The notes beneath the pieces are model-generated. The model saw nothing but the letters and a program-made list of their open reading frames with translations, did no database searches and was not told where the DNA came from. Of a stretch of DNA of 64,000 nt, positions 41,830 to 53,900 are shown one piece after another (within the stretch, counting starts at the first letter, position 1; each line of letters begins with the position of its first letter). A program made the position numbers and the translations under genes. Source of the DNA: Phoronis australis (Eukaryota; Animalia; Phoronida); contig NMRA01000006.1 of the NCBI GenBank assembly GCA_002633005.1, positions 1,835,742-1,899,741 of the forward strand, read 5' to 3'.

Positions 41830-41965
41830 AAACATCCTTGTGGGAGACCACTGTGACCCGCTTTGTTGACCTCATTCACTGGATGCATAACTGTGAGAAG
41901 GCCAGAAGGCACTTCTGTGTTTTGTTGTGGGGGCTGATAAACGGTCCCTGTGCAAGACCACAGCC

Positions 41966-44900
41966 ATGTCTAAGAGTCCCCTATCCCCCAGTGTCCACTG
42001 GGGGAGAGTTGAGGTGATGACAGAACCTAGGAGGAGTAGAAGAAAGACTGTTAAGACAACAGTTTTGTGAGTAATTCTCTGCGCTTGTTGTTCATCAAAT
42101 TGGAGGGAAAATGACATTCTGAGGTCACTGTTGTTCAAGCGTTCACCTGGTTTTGCTATTCAAGCAATAGCATGTATGCATGCGAGTAATTCAATGGCAG
42201 TCCATGAAAAGAATTGTGAAACAAAATTTTGGTATCTTCATTGTTTAGGACGTTTGTTTTGTATCGATTTTGACCTATAATTTTCATATTCTAATAAGGT
42301 CATTTGAGGTCAGCACTATACTGGTGTGGTGCGTACTCATCCAAGCGTGCTTATAGCATTTGTTGATAGTTGATTTTTTATTGTTTGCTCATTCTATATA
42401 TTTCTTTGGCCCTTGCAATCGTGGGATCATTATTTTTAAGACGTGCCGGCGTCTACCTTTAGTATAGGGACGCATGCTTGAACACCCCTGTGAAGTCACC
42501 ACTCTGAGCAGCACATCCCGCATACCTTTTACCGTTAGAGTGTACCCCTGGGTTTTTAGCAATATAGTTGGTTCATCAACTACTGGCTAATGCCATAGAT
42601 GGTAGCTTGATAACCCCTTGGGTAACTAGCCAACTGAAAGTGGATTAAGGTACAAAATATACCGAAAACTACAAAACCGAACAAAGTCGGACTCACTAAT
42701 GTCAATAAAATGGTATTTTTGATGTTCTTTAACTTTTTACCTTTCCTCTTACAACTACGTTTAAGCTATTCACACTGGTGGTTCCTACCACCATTTCTGA
42801 AGGAAAATTTCCATGTCAGAATTAAAACACATGTAGGCAGGCTTTTTTGGTTGTGTGATCCTCAGGGGGCCAGTCCGCCCTAGCCGTCCTCTTACTAAAT
42901 CTGCCTATGAATGCTAGACTTCTAAAGCTCGGTTGCCACTTGTGCAACTGTGTCAAAAACAAGTCGCGTAGCCCAAAGTTGTGTCGCCCAGTTTTTTTAA
43001 ATAGCCTGCTTTTGAGTACCCAAAAGTCCAGCTTCACACTGGCACAGCACACAGGCTTATCACTGCCAAACATTGATTGGTAATTGCTATAGTTGACTTT
43101 AACAATCGTAAAGTAAAACTGTTGAGGATTCAAATTGTTTTTTATGTGTCCTTTAGGCAGATAGGTGTGTGCGATAATGTCAATTTGATGTTTTTATGGT
43201 CAGTTCTAGAGATAACTGACCTAGGTTTCAGATGTCTAAACTCCGGCATGATGTCAAACAAGGTAGCTCTTTGATATGAGTTCTTGTCGACCTGCTATCA
43301 CCAGGGCTTGGAATTTTCCTCATTTAAGAGGATTTCCTCTTTTTCGGTTTCGATATCCTGTTATTTGATTTCCAGTTTCTTCTTTTTGACTTTATTCATG
43401 CAAAAAACATTTGCTTTTAAATTTTACAACACAAACGTTATTTCTATCACATAAGCCTGGTTTTTGTCATTGGTCATTCCAAGCCTTTGTATCACATGGT
43501 GAACTGTCACTGGGTATATGCCTTTCCATCAACGGATACAGATTTATGGTTCGTCGTTGGTAATGCAGTTGTTAAATGTGCTCCATAATTACAGCAATTA
43601 GTAAACCTATCACCATAGTAATTATGCGTTTGGTTTATCTTCATGTAAACGTATGGTTTTGTTGTTGCTGTTATGCTTGGGAAACATGTAAGGTGTTGAT
43701 TGCAGAATTAAAGATGTGTTTGCATGCTCCTATGTTAATATAGAGCAGGAACTAAACGACATTGCTATTTGAATATCATCTACACTAAACAAAGTGCAGT
43801 TGTATTCATTGACAACTTTTAAATTTATATGAAAACAAAAAAAATTGTAAATAGGTGACCTTTGCACTAATGACATACTTTGGGGGCTCACATAGCCCGT
43901 ATTATACTGTGTTATTCCCCAACACCATGTCACAATACTTACTGGACACGGTTGAATGATTTACGGCAGATCATTTTTGACACAAAATTCGATCTTAAAA
44001 ACATTTGTCAATTTTCAGCCTACTTCATATTCACATCGTCGCTATATGTTGTGTTTCTAACTAATTTGACCAAGCAATCACAGAGATAAGGAATTAGCGT
44101 GCAAGTTCCACTTTAAGTACGGTAAATTGTATTATACATGAATACTGTTAGAACCAGGTAATTAGATGTGAGGAAATAAAAAATACCGTAATTTTTAACA
44201 TATAGTGCATGAAAACATTTGACAAAGCAATTGTTTTCTATTTTTCAAAGGTTTGCTATCTTGTTGGAAAATGTACTATGAATAGTGATGTCATAATAGC
44301 GTATGCTGATTGCTGTGTGACATCATTGCCTGTTTGTAGTGTAAATACGCTATTTTTGGTGTTGCATTGTTTTCTGTTAGTCTGAAGAAGTTCTACGTAT
44401 TCAGATATATTAGTATTTTGGTGAGTAGAGTCTTCGTTAAATAGAGAACTTGTATTTTCCTTTTTGAGTAGCGTGCTATTGTAGCAAACATCCTCTTCAG
44501 TTTTAGGCATGCTTTTTGTTTGACTGGTTTTACTTTCACAGGTCTATACTTTGTGCTTGAAATAAAACTCAAAATTATTTTTGCACTTTTCCGTACTGCT
44601 TTAATGCACACCTGTGTCTATAATTCTATGTTCTTGTACATTATGGTTTACAGACTTCAATTTCTAGTCCATGTTCCCATTTGACGACTCCTAGATTTGA
44701 ACTACAAACCCGTAATAAAAATTCAAATTTTTCAGTTCCAACTAGCTACAACTGCCCTAATGTGGGGTCAGTCAAGTGCAAACTAGAATTAGATATCTAT
44801 CCATGTAAAGTATTGCATACGCTTGCACAGAATTATATACACTTATTTTGAGTCTATATGTTAAAGTAAAAACTAGAAAAATTTCAAAAATAATTTCAAG

Positions 44901-47900
44901 ATCGATTTCCAGAACAAAGATTAGGCCCAGGTGTAAATTTACCAGTTGTAACAAGTCATAACAGTGCTGACTGTTAGTCAGTCCCCATGTCCTGTGTAAC
45001 ATTGTTTGTGTGTGAAAGTGTTCCTCACTGTACCTTTGCCAAAGGCCTTTTGTACTGCATTATGTAACTTGCAGATGTATAGTCCTGGTTAGCCAGTTGC
45101 AATGTTTACATTGACATTATGTGGATTGATAAGAAATCAATAGCTACAGATGTCACAGCTACTGTCCATTCTTATGGTAGTTGAAGCTGAGGGGCCAATA
45201 CTAGGTGCACATGAGTGGTGAAAACACTGCTAGGGTTAGCAAATTCTTTTGTCTTGTATTCAAAAAAGAAAGATTTGGTACTAAAATCAAATAAAAACTG
45301 ACAAGTGTTTCAATAATTTACAGTTACACATAAATTCATATATGGACTCTTGTATTGTTATACTGAATAGGTTTTATCTTGAATAAATATAAATCTATAT
45401 CTTACTAATAAATGGCAAATGGCAAATTTTGCAAATAGCAGAAATTTGTTAACGTTTTTAAGCACTGGATGTTAAATTAAAAGCTTTCATATAGATTTCA
45501 GACAATGCCTAAGATTGCATAATCAGTTGTCATTGTTACTGTGGCATTTAGAAGATGTAGTCCAGCTGAAAAATCAACATTTATTGAAGGGTTTCGGACC
45601 TATGGGGAAGGGGGGCATTGATGTTTTGTGGTTTCCAAGCTGGCACGCTGGTAAAAAGGTTAACTTTATTCTTGGGTTGCAGTTAACACCACTGTAAACT
45701 GATGGATTTAACAGCGTAGCTTTGATGCAGTGTGAAAGGTCTTGGTACGGTATCATCAATGTTGTCAGTAGATGTTATTGTATTCAAATAGTTACCATTC
45801 TACCATCCTTAGCACTTCATTCTTTCGTTACCCAAATATATGCATGACTCTTCTTGTTGAAAAAATTTAGTACAGTAAAATCTCCTCAATTTTGAACGAA
45901 AATAATTTCCAAAATTACCCGTATTTCGTTTTTCTCTCGGTCTTCTGACATTGAACTGTGAATGCCCACAATTTTTTAAAAAAATTCTGATGGTAGCTGT
46001 GGTACAAAACTTGAACATGGTTAAGCATTAATTTGACGCTACATATTTTCTATTAAAAAATGAGAATTAAAGTAAATTTCACTTGCCCACCATTGTGTGT
46101 CTGAAATTGGTGAGATTCTACCGTATGTATATTGTATTCGCAGTGCCATCTTGTGATAACTTCAATAACTAGAGCATCAACTAGCGACACCTTCAGGTTC
46201 TAGTTCGAAGCCAGTCTGAGGGCTTCAACTATTACCAAGTACTTGGAAGTTTACATCGAGACTCTTCTTGTGCCACAGTTAAGTTGGTGCGAAAGGGCCT
46301 TAAGTGGTTAGCATTGTAGTGGTTTATAACCCTTCTTTATCTTATCTTTGTTGTCATTTTAAATAATGCTCTACTTTTTGTTCTTACTTCAGACGATCTG
46401 GCTTGAAGAAGGCGTGGGGTAGCACTGAGGCACTGAACTCCAAGCTTAGTTCTCTCGACCATTTTGAAAAGTGAGTCAGTACTCTTGAATCAACTTGTAT
46501 TAAAGATTTCTTAAATTTGGACACTTTTTTCTGTTTAGAATGCTATCGGTAAGGAATGGTGACTTTTTGGACACCGTAACCGTCTCAACCGTCTAATTAA
46601 TGCCCCTTCGTTTGATTCAAAATCCCTCACTGGATATTTAGATTGATAACCTTAGTGTCTGAAATACAAGAATTTCCAATTGACATTTGGAATACTGTAT
46701 GAGAACATAACTGTTGTGCTCATTGAAAGCTCTACTTGTGTTGATTCTTTTGTATTGTGTTATATTAAACATTTGTGGATGTCCAACCTACAACTTGTTC
46801 ATTTATATCTAGTCAAGATTGTGCTGTAGTACAATGTGTAGGCGTTACTGCATACCTTTGTATGTCAAGTATTTCCTCAGAATACCTGTTTGTTTTGCAT
46901 TTAAATTCAAGTCAAGCCCATCAGAGGTCACACTGGTCATATGTTTTGTTAAGTACTGAGCATGTCCTACAGGTGTTACTAGCCCAACAGGTGACCACCT
47001 GACCTTTGAAAACAGGTGATGACCCGCACCTTTGAATACATTATTTAGTAGTAATATATTGTTTTCTATTTTGGTTGAGGTGATACATTATTTTATTTGT
47101 TGACAGTGGGGTAGTTGAATTCAGTCGTGTTTTCGAATTGATAATATAACGCGTAATAGTAGGCTCAGTTTTCGTAAAGGGGTGGACTGAATTTTAAAGT
47201 TAAGTGCAAGCGAAACATTCACCTACACCAGTTTTTCAAGTAAAACGTGGTTCTTGCTCGAACAATGATGTCACAGAAGTCCTTGACCAAGTCTGCACCC
47301 ATGAAATTCTCTTTTTTCCTGAATTCAACTTTGTTGCGGAGGTAGGAAAACGCTTTATTAAATTGACATAGTTTTCGAAAGGTTACCACTGACACTCATC
47401 TTGGGTGAGTCGGGCGTGCGGTTTATTACACCCCATTCAGCTGCTCGATTTTTTATTTATGTCGGCATTGCAATTCATTTTATAGCAATTTTATTGCCGT
47501 CAGAATGATGAACGGTAAATCAATTTCGTTATAAAATAGTGATTAGCGCTACAGCTTTGGAATTTGAGCCCTGCTGGTACTCGGCATTGTGGGTAAGTGC
47601 CACAGAATCAGAGAGGGCATTGCATTACGTACTATTTCTTGGGACTGTTAAAACCAAGAAATTTCCAAAATCACGATCTGATCTAGAGTCACGTTCAATT
47701 AAATTTGACTAACAAGCCTACTCAATGCTGTGATAGTAAACGTCCAGAGCTTGAAAGTCAAGGTCATCTGTTTTTCTCCGTTCAAAGTTTTTTGGTTATA
47801 GTATTTCACAAAAAACACATCTTCACGACATTTGTTGAACGTCTTTTAGAAATAGTAGTTTTTAAATATCGGTTAGCATCGGGCGCTTATCAGATGAACG

Positions 47901-50900
47901 CTGACAATGAGAGAGCTGGACTATGTAATCATTGGTTTGCCAACTTTCTCCCCTTGCTATCACTGTCAATCTGATAACGACACGGCTCTATCCCAAGTTT
48001 CAGATCAGCGAAATCGGAGAAACCCACCCCTCAATGAGGGAGTGTAAAGGAGTGATTCTGGGATGTGGTTATTGGGAAGTGAGCTGGACATCAGTTTGTG
48101 ACAAGGGGCAGAGGTCTTTTTTAGCATTCCACAAACTCTTCTATATTGGCGCGTTTCGGGCTCTGTGGTGAAAAAAAATTTGACCTCAGCAACATTTTTT
48201 GCCGAGGTGAACTCTGCACGAGGAAGCTGCTGTTTCGAGTACGTACGCGCCCACATATTTATATTGGACGCATTATGTTGTCATCTCGTCTGGCGTCCGC
48301 TGCTCTATCTCCAAAAACCTTCGACGTATGTTCATGAAATTTTGCACTTACGGTATGTTCCTTTTGTGAATGGGACGGCGTGAGAGAACTTTCGGACTGA
48401 TCCAACTATCGGTGTGCCCCCTAGTGTCAATTTTAGTTTTTTACATTTACCTCTGTATCTTCAAAGTCCTCAAGGTATTTTCATGAAATTTGGCACATAT
48501 GCATCTATTAGTGAGATGACGCTATCCCCTTGTTTTCAGATGAATTCGACGTAGTTCGCACCACTTAATGGCCATTTTTAATGTCTTCAAGTCCACCCCT
48601 CTATCTAGCAAATCGTGAAAATTGGCAGCTATGTTCTTACTATGAAGACTAGCTGACGATGATTTTCTGATGATTTCGACTACTGTGGCGCCCCCTAGTG
48701 GCAATTTTTTTCTTGCGCCCATGGCTATATCTCCAAAACTGTTTGCAGAATCTTTACTAAATTTAGCAACTGAGTTTATTTATGTGATGTTGACAAGGAA
48801 CGATGGCTTTCGAAGGGATATGACTACCAGTGTGTTCCCTAGTGGCAATTTTATTTTCTTACGTTTACGTCTGTATCTTCAAAGATTCTCAATGGATTTT
48901 CAGAAAATTTGGAATATAGGCACCTATTGGTGAGATGATGCTATCCCCCCATTTTCGGATGGAGTCGACATACTTTGTGCCTCCTAGTGGCCATTTTGCT
49001 GTTTTTTAGGCTTTTTTTGGCGTCCACCCCACGATCACCCAAACCATTCTAAGGATGATTTTGTTCTCAGTGTGAAGATTACGGTTGACATTGAGGACTT
49101 CAACTACTGTAGCGCCTTCAAGTGGTAGTTCTGTTTGTTTTGCGCCCAAAGCTGCATCTCCTAAACTCCTTGCAGAATTTTTATTAAATTTAGTAATTGT
49201 ATTTATATGAAGCTAACAACAGACGACCACGACTTTCCGGTGGATCCAACGAACGCTTTACCCTTTAGTGGCAATTTCCTTTTTTCTGTTTTCCTTTGTT
49301 TCTCTGAAGATTTTTATGAACTTTGTTAAATAGCTTTCTATTAAAGAAGCGATGGTATGTTCCCGTTTTCAGATGCACTGGACGTTTTTGCACCGTCTAG
49401 TGGCCATTTACATGAAATAAATAAAGAACCCTAGAAGCACGCCATTTGTGGTGCATTCGTGGGTGCATTTCAACACTCTGCATTGCTCTTGATAGTGATA
49501 TGATAATAATTGTTCGAGCTTTTAGTCACCCAGTCTAGTGAATCATTTTAGCCAATCATCTTTACAAATCCTTTGTCCGTTTCTTTGCTTCAGGAACCCC
49601 AAGACAGATTACACCTACTCAAGAAGGTGAGTGTTTATTCCCCTTGACCTGAGAGGCTTGTCAAATATTTACTGGATCCCCAAGTTTACATTTGGTGGAG
49701 TTTTTTTACTGTTGAGTATCACGTTGCTAAATATTTGCACAATATGGTGGGCTTGCCATGTTTGTCTCTAAAATATTTGTGGGTCAGAGCAATCATTTTT
49801 TTTAATTAAATCCTACAAGTCTCTTGAAACATCATGATGTTCTGTAATTCCCATCAACGCTGAGAAGTTTGGAGTAACTCAATACAAATTTTGTGGCTTG
49901 TAACTAGCGCTACTCTATTTAATCCAGTGGCTTCTTTCACGAGGAAACTATTGTCGAAATGTTTTATCTGATGTCTATTCTAGTAGGCTGCGATTTCTGT
50001 GTTTTAACTTCGAGTTTAATATGGATTTGCAGACTTTCAACCTTTCCCTGTTTTCGTGAAACAAGCTAAGCCATCCGTAGACTGATTTTTAGTCGGAAAT
50101 CAAAAATCAGAAGCCAATAGACCCTTTGAGAAACGGATCCCTCGACTTTTCTGTACTCTAAGGCCATAAAAGCGCATTGCGGATCAAAAGCGTATTCTGC
50201 CCTGTCACTGATAACGTCATTATCTTAGTATGCAAATGCATGACCTAATGGCTGATAACATTCCCAGACAAGTGTAGGAGTCAGTTTCAGAATTTGTTAC
50301 ACTAAACAAATATAGGTGATTATTCTTTTTGTACTCAATCTTTGCAAGTTAGCTAAACTTAAAGAGCCCTGTTAATGGTCTACAGGTTCTTTGTGAGAGA
50401 AGTTCAAGTGTGCCTGTATCTGTTAATAACATGGACAGTCTTTCCATTTGTTACCTTACGTTATGTTTTAGGCATGTAAATGGTGCCGCCCAAGGCATCC
50501 ACCTTATGATAAGCTGGGCAAGACTACCAGGTGTTAAGCTGTTAGCATTGGTCTAGAGGACTTGTCTTTCACACACACAACTCCCAAACACATTTGTAGA
50601 GTGATTACCCTGAGATTGTGACTCTGTGACCCTTTCAAAAACTTACATATTATTTACAGTGGTTCATACTCTCCAACACAACTCAACAAGGGATATGTGA
50701 GTCCCAATCTTTCCCGCCTTGGCTTGGGCTACAGCCACACAGCCGTCTATTCTCAGTCGAACAGCGTCGTTCAGAAGCTCACGTTTAGCTCTGCCACCGA
50801 AGATTCAACCAGTGGCTACAGCAGTGCCACTGCAAGTGCCACCGAGAGTGTTGCATCGCAACGCTCCACCCGTCGCCTGTCCTCAAATCACGTGTCCCAC

Positions 50901-53900
50901 CATCGCTCAACCAGCAGTGTCGTCACTGAAACCTCAGAGGAGGAGACAACAGTTATGGCTGGTCGGAGAGGAGGTGCAAGGACACCTGGTAGGAATGTAC
51001 AACACTACTGATATTGCTGTCACTTTGGAACACAAGATGGCAGACGAGTGAAATTTTTTTGTCCAATTTTTCAATGAAAAATATGTTCAAGAAATTCTAC
51101 TCTGCTTGCAGTGCTCGTACGTTATAGCTGCCCCAAAAGATATTTGGTAAAATTTTAAGCAATTGTAGCAATGAGTGATCTCCTTTTGATAGTTACTTTT
51201 GTAGTAAATTTAAGAATTTTACTGTAGATATTTGCTAGTATTACTTGTCGATATTTATGGCTTGAGATTTAAATTGCCTGCATCCATTCTTGCCCTTCGT
51301 TTTCCCCGAAACTTGAAACTCTGTTATGTGTGTTTAAAGCCCTTGGCGCTTTCACAGTCTCTGTTTGCTCTGGCTGTTAGTTTCCTGTTAATGTTCTCAC
51401 TGGTTAAGAAACTTTCTATTATGCCTTTGATGATGGTTGTTCATAGTAGCAAGTAAAGGGAACAGTTTTTAACCTAACTTTCTTGATTCATTGAACTGGT
51501 TTACACAGTTTTTATCATCATGCTTTACCATGTTCAGATGTGATACAGGTGTAAAATAATTTGTTGTTACTTATGCCTCACAATGGTCTCACCTTGCATT
51601 GTATGGTTTTACGAATCATTTTCTTCGCAGCTCGTAATACCAGGATGACCCGAACTAGTGTGGTTAGTGGCTCCCCAGCCTCTGGTGATCGGGTCACAAG
51701 GTCACGAAAGAAGACACCCCCCAGGGTGTACGAAACTTATGAACATCAGGAGGTCACTCAGCGTACTGGTATGTAAACATGAACATTTCAATAATTCCTG
51801 TTTTGTTGGGAAGTCTTCATTCACATGGATTTCTAAAATGTTTGAATTGATGGAAAAAGGCTTACAGTAATATTTCACCAATTTCGAAGAAGAATCATTG
51901 ACAAAGTTGACCTTTTTTCAAAGGTTACTGACGTAAATGCCCAAGTGTCTCGAAACAAATTTGTCTAATGGTTGCTATGGTATAGAAATTTTACACGATA
52001 AAGCATTTGTTTAGTGTAATTTATCGTTTATGCTTCTTTATTTTAAACTGGTGAGATGTTTGGGTATTCTTGTTGGTCAAACGGAAATCATATAGCAGAG
52101 ATTCTGTTCATCTGTAGAGGTGTTCGATGGATTTTTTAGAGTGAATATTTGTTTCTCTTTTTCAGAGTGGTGTAGTTTGGTAGCAGCCTTTCATTAATGC
52201 AAACTTGATTGGAAACATAACTACTTTTTGTTAGACAGCTTGATGTAAAATCGCTTATACTTTCTGTACAAGTTCCGAACTTCCTGATGAAACGTGAGCT
52301 CACAGATGGTCGTAACTTGTACGGAGAGTGTGAGCGAGTCTACATAAAGCTTTCCAACTAAAAGTACAGTCCAGTTTTCAATCAAGTTTGTTTCAAAGTG
52401 GGCGCATGTTTTTTATTCATATTTTCCTAAAATCTTGGTTCTGCGTGTCTTCCAGTAACGCCCTCTCCTGGGAGACGAGGAGACAGCTCCGGATCGTCCA
52501 GGCGAATGAAAGACAAAACAATAAATCATTTATACGGTTAGTGTTTATTGGATTGAATGACCTGCCATGGCAAACTAGTCTAGCATCGTCTCTAGCAATT
52601 ACCAAACTGTTGTGTAACATGTCCAGAAATCACTTCCAGTTCGAATAAGGATGAAATTGAAACAACTGCAGGTGGTCAGATTCAGAACTTATTTTTGACA
52701 GAAGATATGTTAATAGCAGCTTTAAATTGTTAATTGATAATGATAATAATAATAGCAGTAATGCCAGCATTTCTTTTGCACTTGTTGTTAAGACATCTCG
52801 CTTTATTGTCCAAGATGCGTATGGCGGAGCCTTATTGCAAGAAATTGTAATCTATTGTTTTGTTGTTTAAAGGTGCATACTATACTTCTGCTTTCCTTGT
52901 TTAGGCTATTTATCGTAACAAAATGGGTCGCCTTGTACCTTACTCAGATCATAAATGATGTCTAGGGATGTGAAGAACTGAAAGTTTACTATTTTTGAGA
53001 CCAGACACTCAAAGTTGCTTGTCATGCCCAATTAGTTTCAGCATCCAGAGCAGCGTGGCCTTCGGGAGGAATTCACACTGTGTTATCGCCTGTTTGTAAC
53101 ATTCAGAACTTGGTATACAGTGACTTTCATTGATATTAGTCATCAGTTACCTCCCTGTGTTATGTAAAGCTAGATATCGTTCACCTTGCCAAAGATGCAA
53201 ATGTTTTGTCCCCAGGAGTCTACTCTGTTATAAGAATTCATAGTTAGTGGATATTACAACTGATATTGTCTTTTCATCAACAGGTTTGGATGATGGATCT
53301 GATATTGAAGAAATGACTATTGAGTCTACCTCAGAGACGTCTACATTTCTTGATCAGTCTAGCAGTAACATGTCGCTCTATAGTGAGTGATCACCGTATT
53401 AATATTTTGCACATTGAAATTCTATTTTTAATATTCAGGGTAAGCATTTTAATGGTACGGTATTAGTCGTTCAATGTGATCTCATGAAGAATTTACAAAA
53501 GGGCAAATGACTTGTTTTCGAAACATTATACAGTATATTTGCTGCTTATAATTTCTTAGTTGCTACTCTCAGAACTATGACCATTTCACTATTGTTTGCA
53601 ATTCATTTTAAATATCCGTGAAGATTTTTTTTTGTTTTTAAGAAAATGATTTTCTTTTTCAGAAAATGTGATCCTCTTGCCATTTAAATACCTGTACAAG
53701 CTGATCGTGTGGGTCCTAGCTCTAGACACATGGCTTGTTTCAAAGTAAGTTGAATGAATATGAAAATGATTCATAATATGCACAAAATCCACCAAGTGGA
53801 GGCATTTTATGCAATAGCAAGCTACAAAAGTGTCATTCATGTTTCTTGTAATAGTTTTTTGATGGGCTATACATCTTTTTCGTGGTCTTAAGATTTTTTT

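Noticed and set aside
48400-49410. CRISPR-like repeat-spacer array
   Set aside because: The intervening sequences are themselves homologous with period 3, the motif copies are degenerate, the context is a eukaryotic intron, and there are no cas genes.
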